This document shows positions 25,263-39,274 of a stretch of 64,000 nt of DNA, piece after piece. The notes beneath the pieces were generated by a model, which was not told the DNA's origin, ran no database searches, and saw only the letters and a list, made by a program, of their open reading frames with translations. The stretch comes from Octopus sinensis. Taxonomy: Eukaryota. Made by a program: the position numbers and the translations under genes. The stretch lies in assembly GCF_006345805.1 (NCBI RefSeq), contig NC_042998.1, positions 102,982,001 to 103,046,000 on the forward strand. The letters run 5' to 3'. Positions within the stretch are counted from its first letter, which is position 1; each line of letters starts with the position of its first letter.

Positions 25263-25379
25263 TAATAATAATAATATAATAATAATAATAATAATATAAT
25301 AATATAATAATAATAATAATAATAATAATATCGAAAAAATACTTGAGGAATGAGAACCTAGGTTCGAAATTTCCTCAAG

Positions 25380-25423
25380 ATACCTGATGAAGGCTTGAGG
25401 GTATATTAGCCGAAACGTTGTGT
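25380..25423 (+). ncRNA. Minimal type I hammerhead ribozyme
   Basis: ATAC-CTGATGA-A-GGCT(TGAGGGTATATT)AGCC-GAAACGTT^GTGT. Confidence 0.72.
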
Positions 25424-26562
25424 TAACAAAAAACAAGATGAAGATAGATATCCGTCAAATGTAAATAATGTAAATATTGTACATAATTCCTCATCTTTTA
25501 AATATCTAACTTCACTTTTTATGTTTACATCTAATTTAGATTTAAAGTTTTTCTGCTACTGCTAATAGAGCAATAAATACATAATTCCTTTGATTAAATA
25601 TATGATATATAAATCATTTGATGAAGTATATGATGTTTATCAAAAACAGGAGCAATACCATACATCCAATTATGTTAGTGCAGAATTTCATGTCGGCAAA
25701 TTTCAAAAACGTATTGCATTGCTGAATAAAAACGTATTGCATTGCATATCATCATTTATAAAATATTTACCTGTAAGGCAAATAATTTATACATGAAAAA
25801 CTACCAAACAAGGCAAAGGAGGGGAAAAGGAGAGAAATAACACAAAATCCTTCTAAAACTCCCAGAACGAAAACCTAAACACGTAAGAAACTTTTCCTCT
25901 TCCTATCACAAAAACTCTTTTCTTTCCCTCATCACCCGTCCTCCACTGTTAAAAGTAGACAAAATAGAAAATATCGATCATTCCTAACTATAATGTTAAT
26001 TTAAATTTCAAATAACTCGGTGGCTTCCATTTCCTTGCCTATATCTCTTCACTCCTTTGCTCCACTGTTAAGGGAGTAAGAAAAAAATAGAAACAGAAAC
26101 CAATCGTACATAATTCCTAAAGGTTTTAAATGAGAATAGACCAACTAATTTCATGATCCCATATTATGTTGTACTGAAGAGCCCATAAGAAGAGCGAAAT
26201 GGTGCTATTTACAACAACAAGAACGCTAAAGAAGAAAAAGATGAATTATCTGAAAACATTAGTTCATATGCTCTCTCACTCATCAGACGAAGAACTATTA
26301 TAATAAAAAATGTATAAACCTTGAAGCAGCTCTTTCCCTTAAAGGGAATCTTCACCCCCTCTTCTATTTCTTAACGATCTCTCTCTCTCTCTCTCTCTTC
26401 GTCTCTTACTCCAAAGCAACTGTAGGTGCCAGCAAGAACAGTCCCCAGACAAATTTATTATGTGAAAACCCTTTATACATTTCTTAATATTTGTGTTGTT
26501 ACAGAGTACATACATATTGTTTATAAAAAGAACAACATAAACAGGTAATATATAACTTGATG

Positions 26563-26670
26563 ACGGTAGTGAGTTGGTAGAATCGTAGTCACGCCGGAAA
26601 ATGCTTGGCGGCAATTCTTTCGACATTAGGTTCAAATGCCACCGGAGATGACTTTGCCTTTCATCCTTTC
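26563..26670 (+). mobile_element. SINE family 2, 5' fragment
   Basis: gagttggtagaatcgtagtcacgccggaaaatgcttggcggc..ggttcaaatgccaccggagatgactttgcctttcatcctttc. Confidence 0.75.
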
Positions 26671-27332
26671 AAATTTTGCGTATAGAAACATAGTTTTTGG
26701 AGAAATAACCGGTTTCGTATTTTCTTTTCAAATTTCTCAAATATCTTTACCTATATCGTGTCATGTCTTCGCTATGTTGTTAAATATGTATTTCCAGGCA
26801 GGGGAACGTAATCAGGGTTTTTTTTTCGGTATAAGGGAGATAATAAAAAATGTTGGGAATGACTAGGTTTAATTAATTTAACATTATTTGGTTTAGAAGG
26901 AATAGAATGTTACAAGTGATCAGGTTTTGCTTTATATTTTTTCAATGAGGTGAGTTTCCTTATTTAAAAATGTTAGAAATGGTTACGTTTCGGCTTATAT
27001 TCTTCAATTAAGAAGGTTTCTTTATTTACTCAAACTTGTGTTGGTATTCCAATGGCACATTGATAGAATGGAAAGATTATAAATTGTGGTAGCAGTTGCT
27101 TTGCGCATTTCTCAATATGTTCACTAAAGGGTATCATTCTGTATTCTGGGAATGCAATCTGCTGTCGAGGCAGAGTGCATCTGCATCTGAGCGATAATCT
27201 CGTGGACGCTATGTAGTTTCTATTTTTTCTTACTCCTTTAACAATGGAGCGAAGGAGTGAGATAAAGGTAAGGAAATGGAAGCCCCAGAGTTATTTGAAA
27301 TTTGAATTAACATTATACATGTATATATATAA

Positions 27333-27378
<46 letters not shown>

Positions 27379-27679
27379 TGTGTGTGTGTGTGTGTGTGTC
27401 TATATATACGAATAGAAACATTAAGTATATAAAAATATATCGATGCAGAAAAGGTGAAAGAGAGTGGGGAACTGCATAAAAACTCTGATGCCATTAAAAC
27501 GAAGGTAAACTTTGTTTTCATTTCCTGAACACACCGTGTAAAACTTCGGAGAATATTTTCTAAACAGCATGACTACACTAGATTATATAATAATTTTGTA
27601 ACAATATACACAATTTTCCCTAACATTAACAACCGACAAGTACTTGGTTTTTCTTTTCTCGCTCTCTCGCTCTCTTTCC

Positions 27680-27715
<36 letters not shown>

Positions 27716-29982
27716 TTCACATTCCTACACAGTATGATAAAGACTCTGACACATACATTAACAGCTAAGACACTGGCACACAAGCACATATACATATACA
27801 TACGTGTGTATATGAATGTCTGTCTGTCTTTCTTTCTGCGTGTCTCTCTGTATGACTGTCAGTCTAAATGTATGTATGCATGTATGTATGTATGTATGTA
27901 TGTATATACGTACGTATGCACATATATCACTACGTTTACCGGACAACAATTGATTATCAATATTTCAATGACACAATTGTCGATAGTTTTCTCGATATCA
28001 TGATATATGACAAAGCAATGAATATTTTCTTGCTACACCTATGTAAACCACATAGATGCATAACCCTTTAAATATGCCCTGAAGCGGCTATAGTTTACAG
28101 CGATAACTCATTAAAACGGATACATTTGAGATTTGTATATAAAAGATAGTGTTTATTTATATTTCATCTGGAGGTTTGACCTACAGATTATACATCATTC
28201 CTTCTTTCTTTCAAATTGTTTTAGCTGTTGTGTAATCCCTATAATTTCTACATATATAAGCAGATATGAAAGCATACATACGGTGATTATCAAAAATATT
28301 CCTCGTGCCGTCAAAAATTAGAGCAGTATGGTAAATTATAGAGGATTCGTAAAACCACGCCCAACGGCACGAGTGAAGCGTCATGAGTCCTTACATAAAT
28401 TATTTGTACATTGTATTTTAAAGAAAAATATAATTATTTCATCTTACTACACGCCGTATCCCGAAAGAGATGGGACATCATAGCATATAAGCACATGCAC
28501 AGTGGTGCTTTTGCATGTGCTTGTATACCGTTATTGCAAGTCTTTTTTTTATGTAAAGCATGTGTACTGGACCACTTCACTGATTAATGATACTTAAAAT
28601 GAAGAGAGTATGAAATGCAAAAATATTATAGTTTTATTTACAAAGCTTTCGAAATATTTACATATAAATATCATGAATCTAGTGATTGAACGCTTATTTA
28701 CACATTTATTCATAACACGTCTAGCCAGGTTCTAGCGCAAAATATGCTGGTCAAATATTACGTCAGAGGAGAATAATTTCTCTCTTTTAAGACCAGTGAG
28801 TGTTCTAGACCCGCAGCTCAGTGCCATATGGGTGACTGGGATACCGGTGTTTAGACATGTTGTTTTTGTCATTCTTCTACTACAGTATTCGTTGCAAAAC
28901 TGCGATTTTCATAAAGAGTTCATTGCTTTACCTTATCTATATTTAAGGATTGTTCCTATTTGTAATCTTGGCTAAAACAACATAAAGCAGCCTGCGAATA
29001 AACACATGAGATGACAAGTAGATGATAACTTGTTTCTAATTTATTCTCATAACAAGTGCGGATATCAAGGGAAATCGTTGTCTATTCGTCTTGAAATAAG
29101 AATCTGTATCACTTGAAGATAAAATTGTGACAAACACCTTATCCTTTTCTTAATTTCGCTTAGCATCATTCCATGAAAGCATAGATTATAAAAAGATATT
29201 ATGATGCACAGATGCTCTTCAGAAAACCTCTAGCTGGTTTGAGATTGCGCAATAGCAAGACAATATAATCAAATTTGCACTGGAAAACTTAAGGTAACAT
29301 GAAATGTGTCCTGCATATTGATTTCAAGTAAACAACAAATCGCTTCTAGCTATAGAGAGCCTTCAGTCGGCAACCATGCGTTTTTCAAATGAATTATTTT
29401 AAGTGGGTGTTGTCTGTAGTGTGTACAAGGACTTTCTTTTAATATTTTTTTCATAAGTAAAATTTCTCTATGTAATTTCTTTTTATACTGTCTGTTCTCT
29501 TGCAAGATACTCAAGGGATTTTGTTTGCAGCATGCTCCATGGATATCACGATTTTTGTGTTTCGGTAGCAACTGTTAATTCCTAATTTTTCAACCCTACA
29601 ATCTATGAAAACTAGCAAATATTTCCTTTATACTTTGCTTTTGCTATATTTATCAAAGCTCCAAAGAACTCCTCTAAACGCATGTCTATGATAAATGAAA
29701 GTTTGGGTGTATGCACACATTATGTATGCATACATACAACCATTCATCTACGTATGTAGTAACTTTTATTCCTAGTGGTGTTAACAAACTATTAACTCGG
29801 AGTAAATTAAGCAAAATCAATTTAGCACACAAATCTGTGTGTGTGTATATATGTGTGTGTGTGTATGGAAATATATATACGTATATATATATGTGTGTGT
29901 GTATATATATATATATGGATATATATATATATGTGTATATGCATATTTATAAAGGCATACATACATACATACACACACACAT

Positions 29983-30013
<31 letters not shown>

Positions 30014-31265
30014 GAAAGGTCTGAAGGTTAAATCTATGCTAGACCACTGGTTGTAAATTGATGTTAAATTACTATCCAATTTTTCACTCTCATTATATAT
30101 ATATATGAATACATAACCAAAGTAATTAATATATCAATATGCTGTAATGAATCTATACGACTTTATGATAACATTATTCTATTAAACTCCCATTACATCA
30201 TATAAATGGAGAATAATTTAACACTTTCTGTAGTTTTAGCTTTAGTACTTGGTTTGGCTTTCTTGATATCCATATCCTACTATATTGCGTACACTTAAGT
30301 ATTAACAGTACTATATTAAATTCCCTTCTGGAAAGAGAAATTCATGAATTCATTTCAACATATAACATTTACTTTATTAGAGAATATTATGGGAAATTAA
30401 TAACTTATAATTTCTCATTAGGTTTATAAACGAAAAGCTAAGATTTTCACTTGTTCATTATGTGACCATATAGTGAGATTGCTTCAAATATAAATCGAAA
30501 TTTTCGAATATTTCAAAATTACAAGAAAGCCCCTGCATGTGGTCTTTAAAGTAGCATGTTTTATATTTGTTTGCTCTCATTGTTTCCCGTATTCCTATAG
30601 TGTGTAATTATACATATGTCATGCATGTGAGAAGGTCGCCGTCAACAGATGCAACATGAAAGAAGCTCGAACTTCCACATTGATAAACGCATAGTCATAT
30701 GAGGAAATACAATTATGTTGAAAGAAGGTGCTATTATCAAGCACAGAAAAAATTACTGCCTAAATACTACAGATGTATTTTAATATATATTTATATACAT
30801 TTATTTACATGGAGCGCCAATAATACAAAATATATTAAGGAAATACATAACTTCTTAACTCGAAAACTGTTCCACAAGGCTCGGAGTTGCGTAATAATCG
30901 TAACAGCTATAACTTGCTGATGGAATACGCAAAACAGTTATGGGTATGCAAGTAGTGAACAGTCACATGAAAATATTACAATAAGCCTGGTTTCCTTCAT
31001 CAGGAGAAGATTGCTGGAGATTTAGACGTTTCAAGGAGAGACAGTAGAACAAGAACGAAAGTTATGTAAGGGGAATTTCTACGAGACAGAAAGGATAGGT
31101 CCGTGACAGAATAGAAGAAACAGAAGGCAGGCTGTGGAAGGAGAATTTCTGCAATTTAGGATGGAAAGAACACTAGTAGAATAGACCTCCTGGGTCGTAA
31201 AATTCCTCAAACATGATTAAAACTTCTTTTCCAAGATGTATTTTCTCTGTCTATCTGTCTCTTTC

Positions 31266-31306
<41 letters not shown>

Positions 31307-32653
31307 ATCTATCTATCTTTATCTCTTTCTGTTGTGTTGTAAACAGCATCTTTTTGGTTTCTTTTGTGTCTGTTAAACTAGAAAGTACTGAATATCTGCT
31401 CTTAGTAACTCTGTTATAGTGTAGTGTATACAGATAATTTATTCGAGGTATGTAGTTTACATTGTTTGCGATATCTTCTTCCTGCTACTTTTTGTCTCAG
31501 TAATGTTTACTTGTAGTTACATGCTTGAACAGTTTTCTGGAAATATAACTTTCCATCTCTTCTGATTTTGTAATTGTATAGTGGCTTTAGTTTATTCTCC
31601 ACACGATTTGAGTTATGCATTTGTCATGCTTTCGGTGATTTCTGCAATATATTTCTTCAATGCAATTTATTTTCGCACAGAAAGATTTTTATAGTTTAGA
31701 AAAATATTCATTTACGTTCTACACTTCTAGAATTTCTTGCTTAAACTGCAGTATATTGACATAATCAATATAAATACCGATGATGAATGTGTATAATTTA
31801 TTCTTATTTATAAGCCACTGAATACTTCTGCATTGAAACACTCAAATATTTAAAAGTGCATAAATTATTAAATCTTGGCTCTACACTGTAATATATATCG
31901 CGGCAAAGAAGCACGACAATAGATGGCAGCTGAAAACATTTGAATTGCTCTTTCAATAGCAATCTCAATGTTGGTTTTCAAATATGTATCATAAATTATT
32001 GACAGAAGGTATCATAATTCATCCTCATTGAAATATATCAAACTGTATTCAGTTATTCGGGAGAAGGGTTTTTCAGGTGTTTGTTACTCCCACATATGTT
32101 TATCAGCACCATAAAACCAAAATTTTAAAGTAAAAAATAGAACATTTAAATTCTAATCTGTTAAATTCAATTTTAATTTTTCATATTTATTTTTTAGGCA
32201 AGCATCATTTTGTAAGGATTTTGAAGATGTCAAGAATTTACATATTACTATTATTATTATAACAAGTCTACTTAAACATACCTAATCCAAGTGTAATGAC
32301 GTAGAACAACCAACTGCTGTTCAATTAATGCATAGATTACACAACAGGTTAATTAGTACAAACAAATAAACAAAGAATAGTTCTCTAAAGAGCAAAGCAT
32401 CATCAGCATTGGAATTAAAGGTTAGATACATGTCAAAACTATAACGACTAACTCATTAATGATTCATTTGTGAAAAGCATACTGAAAGAGGCTTATAAAT
32501 ATAATGAAAATTTTATTTTGGATTCTTGTCATGTGAATATATATTATCAGTCTTACGAGAGAATTATTTTTAATACTTGATTACTAGTTAGATAAATATA
32601 CAAAAGAAAAAGTGTGTGCACGTTTGTATGTGTGTGTGTGTGTGTGTGTGTGA

Positions 32654-32712
<59 letters not shown>

Positions 32713-33007
32713 TATGTGTGTGTGCAAGCGTAGCATGTCTGAACGGTCAACAAATTCGTTTCGTAATCATGAAGTCTAAATTTTGGTCGCACGCTGTGGC
32801 TAGTGATACTGAGAACAGGAAAACGCATAAAAGCTGATCGGATGGATTGTAACCTCTGATTTAAGTAATACAGCTTCATCACAACCATTGTTATGCTGAC
32901 TACCAATGAGAATTACGTTAAGTAGAACTGTGCAGGCAATTTGGTTGCTCACACAACTTGATCCTCAACGTCGAACAACGAACATCCATGAATTATTCAC
33001 ATATATA

Positions 33008-33342
33008 GGCGCAGGAGTGACTTTGTGACAAGAAGCCTGCTTCCTGTCGACAGAGTTCCGGGTTCGGTGCCACTGCGTGGGACCTCATATAGCTCACTAC
33101 TACAATAGATGCTGGCCGACTAAATTCATGTGAGTGGATTCGGTTGACGGAAACTGAAAGACGCCCATCATATATATACAACGACATATATATATATACA
33201 TAGATATATATGCATATATATATACATATATGTGTGTGAGTGTTTGCGCGCGCGTGTGTGTGTGTATAGGGTGGGAATCTATGTCTGTGTTTTCCCCTAC
33301 ACACTTGAAAACCGGTGTTGGTGTGTTTACGTCTCCGTAATT
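33008..33342 (+). mobile_element. tRNA-derived SINE family 1, 3'-truncated
   Basis: ggcgcaggagtg head, gggttcggtgccactgcgtgg, tgagtggattcggttgacggaaactgaaaga shared with 7960 copy. Confidence 0.8.
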
Positions 33343-33479
33343 TACCAAATTAGCACGCTTAGTAATGTGTCATATTTTTTCAGCGGAAACACATATAGGT
33401 AATTATAGTATGCTGTGCATAACTATAAAATAAATTTTGCGAATGTACAAGTCTCCATTCTCTTCATTATTATCAATAT

Positions 33480-33487
33480 ATATATAT

Positions 33488-33519
<32 letters not shown>

Positions 33520-33539
33520 TATATACATACACACACACA

Positions 33540-33608
<69 letters not shown>

Positions 33609-33632
33609 AATATATGTATGTATATATATATA

Positions 33633-33676
<44 letters not shown>

Positions 33677-33713
33677 CATATATATATGGATAGATAGATA
33701 TACATATATATAC

Positions 33714-33794
<81 letters not shown>

Positions 33795-33815
33795 ATATAT
33801 ACATATATATATTTA
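33480..33815. repeat. Compound (TA)n/(CA)n microsatellite
   Basis: Direct reading. Confidence 0.95.
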
Positions 33816-33821
33816 TATTTC

Positions 33822-35226
33822 TAGCTTCAGCTCAAAGCTATGCCAATGCTGCGGCACCGCCGTTTTGCTACACTGTAATTAGTGAGACCCTCCGCTAATA
33901 TATGGCATTTGGTGAATAAGGGAGTTTGATGTCACAGCTCTCAGTTGCAACCCTTGCCGTGAGGTAGGTTCATCTGGCACTCTCGACAGGAAGAGGTCCA
34001 GTTTCATTTGAAAACACCCACATCCACTTTGCGTAGGTCCCTCAAGCGCTTTTGGGGAATATTAAATAACTGTCGTTCCCTGAAATCAGTCTGTTACAGT
34101 GACTGGTCCTGAAGCGCGATGGCATTCCTGGGGTCTTTGGCACTGCACAGCGTCGACCCATTCTGGCATTTGTGTAGCTTTCAATGCAAAAATTTGGCAC
34201 AGTTCCTTCCAGATTCTTCCAGATGTATATTTCTGCATACCACTCCCGCATTCGCTCCAGAGAGTAGAGTCTTAGCTGTTTCAGCAATTACCAATAGCTG
34301 AGCTCTTGCAGTCTCTCCTTGAAACGTCTTTGTGAAGCTTCGCTGAATTGTATCAACATCCGCTATTATTTACACTGTTAGGTGACAATAGCTGGGAGTA
34401 GTAATCCAGACGACTGAGGACGAATGTCCGCCAGAGGATCATCATGGTTTCCACCTCTCTGATTTTGAATATTTTCAGGATCCAGTTAGTCGTCTGCACT
34501 TTGTGGTCAACCTGGTAATGTGCACTTGGAAAGCGGTATCATCACTCATGTCGATACACAAGTCCCTCGCCGATCTAGGCTCTTGGATTGTAACCCCTTG
34601 TGATCCAGTGTACCTGTTAGTTTTATATTCAGTTTTTGACGCTGGTAGTGCAGGCATTGGAATTTTTCAACATTAAATTGCATATTATTGTCCTCAGTCC
34701 TTCTGTAAATTGAGTCCAACTCCAGCTGCAGGTGTGCAACATCGGTAGGATTCTGTATTTTCTGCAAACTTTTGTATCGTTTGCATAGATAGCAAGGGTG
34801 GCATAGCTAGCAAGGGTGGCATAGCTAGCAAGGGTGGCAATCTGGGTAGCTGAGGGCATATCTGAGAGAACCACTGCTCACAATTTGTGTTTTCTTTGGG
34901 GTGGCTTCAATGGCCACTACTGCCTGACTTCTATGTTTCAGAAAGTCATGTAACCGCCCTCCAAATTTTTCAGCTATGCTAAGATCACGTAGTTTTGGCA
35001 TACCATACGATGATCCACTTTATCAAAAGCTTTTGCAAAGTCAGGGTATATTACGTCCACATTTGAGTTGTTGAGTAACTGCCTCAACGCCTAGGCATAG
35101 TAAGAGTTGGGTCAGGCAGCTGCTACCTGGTAGAAAGCCATGCTGGGTATCACTCAACAAGTCGTTGTCTTCAAGGAATGCGATTAGTTTCCCTGTGACT
35201 ATCCGTTTCATGACTTTGCTGTCATA
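33822..35226 (-). mobile_element. CR1/L2-group LINE, 5'-truncated, RT to 3' tail
   Basis: Minus: KLIAFLEDNDLLSDTQHGFLPGSSCLTQLL, VDVIYPDFAKAFDKVDH, IYANDTK, LQLELDSIY..NNMQFNVEKFQCLHY, LYSLERMRE..IWKNLEGTVPN. Confidence 0.8.
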
Positions 35227-35610
35227 TACTCTTTTACTCTTCTACACGTTTCATTCATTTGACTGCGCCCATGCTGGAGCACTACCTTTAGTCAAATAAA
35301 TTGACCCCAGAACTTTTTATTTTTAAGCCTAGTACTTATTCTATCGGTCTCTTTTGCAGAACTGCCAAGTTTCTGGGACATAACACAGCAACATCGGTTG
35401 TAAAGTGATAGTGGAGGAACAAACACAAACACAAAGACACACACACATAAATATATATACATATATATTTACACGACGGGCTTCTTTCAGTTTCCATCTA
35501 CCAAATACACTCACAAGGCTTTGGTTGGCCCGATGCTATAGTAAACACTTGCTGAAGGTGCCACGCAGTGGGACTGAACTCGGAACCATGTGCTTGGGAA
35601 GCAAGCTTCT
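35227..35610 (-). mobile_element. tRNA-derived SINE family 1
   Basis: Reverse complement of the 7960 copy. Its tail abuts the 5' truncation point of the CR1/L2 LINE. Confidence 0.85.
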
Positions 35611-37179
35611 TTATTTCATTTCATTATATTGGCCATAAGGCCTTACACAAAGAAAGTAAGCTGCGGGCTGGACATAGACATAATCTTATATGAAATGAAA
35701 ATGAAAATGATGATTAATGGCGGGAAAAACGACGCCCGCCGATCGATTTTTTCCCGAGTACATTGATTTCTTGTATATTGTTCATGAGGCAACAAACCTC
35801 TACACTGTTAATAATATTTAATAACAAAAGGAATTTTCAATAACACTGAGGCTTTTCAACCTCTTATCCATATTCCTCCTCAACATCGCTTGTGCCCGCA
35901 TCCACCGCCATCCCCCACGCCTCATTCAAGATCAAAGCGCTTTCCGTGTCGGCGTCGCCCGGGTACAAGCGATATTTCTCATTGAGTCCCTCCATCCTAA
36001 ACGTCACGTCCAACGTTACGACCTAAACACCTATCTGCGGAAGCCATTCGGGATGCTGTGTGCAGCTAAAGGTGCTCCCTAATGCTACTTTTCCACCACC
36101 TTTTCTACCTCTCCGCCTCTATACAAGAAGACCAATAATTCCTCTTCCTCCGGGGGTGGGATATCCAATACTACCGTTGGCGGCACAGTTCCCGCCAACG
36201 GTATCGCTTCTCCTGCCGGTGGCACAACCTAGGACATTCCGGCTATGTCACCGACTGCCGGCAATGTCCCGTTTCTCTTCCTCTTCCTCTTATTTTTCTT
36301 TACAGCTGAGTGAGGGTGCGTCTCCTCCGTACCTGGGAAATTTGCCTCCCCTTCCTCATCCCTAGGATCTCTCGGTGAGCACCCATTGTTGCTCACCTTC
36401 TTCCTTTTGCGACCCCTCTTTGAGGACTGCTCCGCCTCCTCGGCTACCTTTATTCCCTCTTCTACAGAGGTCTCACTCTCTCAAAACAGCAATTCTCACA
36501 ATTATTGTGAGAAAAGTGAACACATTTGTAGTAGGCACGATACTCCTCCAAGCAACAATTCTCACAATTGAGTGAGAAAAAATATTCACTTAATATGAAC
36601 CACTAACTTGGAAGACGGATAAGCCCGCAAACAAAAAGAATTTCACAATTGAGAAAAAATATTCGCCCCACTGTAGACCAGAATTTAAAATCCAGTAGGA
36701 CTTCCAGCATGTACATAAGAAATTGCCGCAAAACAAAAGAATCCTCCCTGGACCCAAAAAAGGAGTATCTTACATTACAGTGGAGCTTCAAAATTTTTCA
36801 ATGCGAGACAGCTTCAAAAGCACGTCTCACCGCTTCGGTGCCAAACACCACACTTACTCGCACATGCGCAAAAGCAACCTTCTTGAGGGAGGGGGGAATC
36901 AAGCTTCTTACCACACAGCCGTGCCTATATATAATATTCTAGATTGATTCAACTCCCTATAACTTAAAGATCCGTTCGTCCATAGGACGAACCCATCTCA
37001 CCACATATCACCAGATTTGTGACAAACGGATTTGAGACAAATTTAGAATGGTTTCAGGTGTGAGGTGTATATTCGTCAACTCAGGCCACGTGGTACGGAT
37101 ACGACACCAGTTCTTTTCCACATTCTTATGTTCACGTGTACAGGTAAGATATTATCAGGGAGCTATCCATCAACACACA

Positions 37180-37220
<41 letters not shown>

Positions 37221-37303
37221 GCGCACGCACGTGTATATCTTTATGTATATGTGTATACACAAACACACATGCACAAACATAGACAGAAAGACAGACAGAT
37301 AAA

Positions 37304-37305
<2 letters not shown>

Positions 37306-37345
<40 letters not shown>

Positions 37346-37374
37346 CGATAGATAGATAGATAGATAGATGGATG

Positions 37375-37448
<74 letters not shown>

Positions 37449-37679
37449 CTCGCTTTATTGTCGCCACTTGTGTTTTGCGATCAAATGTAATGCATTTTAG
37501 TTATTTCTTTTGTGCACCATGATTTCACCTATTTTTCCAAAGCCATCACTGCTTTGCACATTGCACTATTTATTATTCTTATAATTCTAATTCTAATTCT
37601 AATTATCATTATTATTATTATAATTATCATTATTATTATTATAATCATCATTATTATTATTATTATCATTATTATCATT

Positions 37680-37714
<35 letters not shown>

Positions 37715-37750
37715 CATTATTATTATTATTATTATCATAATTATTATTAT
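37306..37750. repeat. (GATA)n (37306-37447) and (ATT/ATC)n (~37580-37750) microsatellites
   Basis: Direct reading. Confidence 0.95.
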
Positions 37751-38150
37751 TGTCAGTGTTGTTGCTATTGTTTTGTTATTGTCGTCGACGTCGTTGTTGT
37801 TCTTGTTGTTTTTGTTGAACTCATACTTTTAAATCTCAGGAGATTTTCTTTGCATCACACCTTTGCAACTTTCTCACATATGTATTAGATTTAAGTGTCG
37901 TTTTTTTTTTTCAAGAGATTTTTCATGTTTACACGGGTTTTGTCTTGGGCGTGTTTCTGAGTGTGCGTTTGCGTACATGTGTTTGTGCCTGCATCCTTAT
38001 GTCTGTGTGTTTATGTACGAACCTTAGCTTGTTCTGTGCTTTAAGTCGACAAACGAATAGTTATAAAGATAGATGTATGCATACAGAGAGATGATTTCAA
38101 ATTTGGGGAAAGTTTTCTTTATTGTGCCTTGGTTTAAGTCTAAATTTGAC

Positions 38151-38276
38151 AGAAGAAGAAGAAAAAGAAGAAGAAGAAGAAGAAGAAGATGAAGAAGAAG
38201 GAGGAGGAGGAGGAGGAGGAGGAGGAGGAGGAGAAGAAGAAGAAGAAGAAGAAGAAGAAGAAGAAGAAGAAGAAGA
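38151..38276 (+). repeat. (GAA)n/(GGA)n microsatellite
   Basis: Direct reading. Confidence 0.97.
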
Positions 38277-39274
38277 TTTCCGTGGATATGTATTAAAAGC
38301 TACTATCATAACATGAGAATTATAATGAAACATAATTTTTACCATGCACCCACTCCAAATTTCAACTCCAGGAACCCAGATACTTCCCCACTCGAGCGAG
38401 CCATCATGCTTCCGTAGGAATTCGAGGTTCTGTTTCGCCAACCAACGAATTAAAAATTCGAAAATATATTGGACTATGTGAAAGAGACTTCAAACAAGCA
38501 AGAAGAAAAATGACAACTATCGGTCTTTTTTCCGGCACGTAGACAAGAAAAATAGCTAACCCCTGTTGGGAATGAATGTCAAAAATAACCCACACTTCAT
38601 CCATCAATGAAAAGTCTACGTCATGCATTAATAGATCAAGTAGGAATAAGCTTTACATATGTGTGTGCATGCGTGTGTGTGTGCATGTGTGTGTGTGCAT
38701 CTATGTGTTTATGTTGTGTACACGTAAATTGAGGGACTTCTGGGTACAATTTATATCAGTTAGTGTCACCACATTGCAGCTCATTCATTGGTTAGATACT
38801 GAGATTGCACAAACACACACACATACACACACATACACATAGGTAACTCTTTCAGACAGGTGTTACATGTATCAACTTTGCGTTTAACAAATTTGCCCAG
38901 AAGAAAAATAAGAAAGGTAATTTTATATGATAGTTTTATATTACAGCAGTCGAAATAACGTTGTTTGGAAATAAAGAATTAGAAATTTTAGATAGATCTA
39001 AAATTCCTTAGCGTGTGCGTGTGCCATCAAAAGTGAACAATTCGCATGTTATCTTGCTATACCCATAAAAGACTTCGTTCGATGAAAGCTAATAAAATCT
39101 AATTAATGTAATTAAATCTATATTCACCTCAGACTTTGATATGGTTGATTTATATTAGATAAGACATAAAAGCCGCTTCACCATGTGAAACAGGTGTTTC
39201 CTTTACCGATATAACATTATTTCAAGTGGGTGAAAATTCGAGGTATACAAGGTTAAATCAATCGCAGCCAATAT

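Larger units (their letters stand above)
24901..25507. mobile_element. Head-to-head palindromic insertion of a tRNA-headed, hammerhead-containing short element
   Basis: Arms 24901-25173 and 25188-~25480 are reverse complements. Each has a B-box-type GAGTTCGATTCC segment (imperfect in the + arm), (AAT)n and a hammerhead. Flanked by the 15-bp direct repeat aacttcactttttat (24886-24900, 25508-25522). Confidence 0.85.

Noticed and set aside
26250-26295. Minus-strand CTGATGA motif
   Set aside because: No convincing stem II and no GAAA; likewise for ctgatga at ~10403, ~31010 (-) and ~53625 (-).
36973-36991. Hairpin gttcgtcc-ata-ggacgaac resembling a hammerhead stem II
   Set aside because: No catalytic core upstream and GAAC instead of GAAAC; an isolated 8-bp hairpin is unremarkable.
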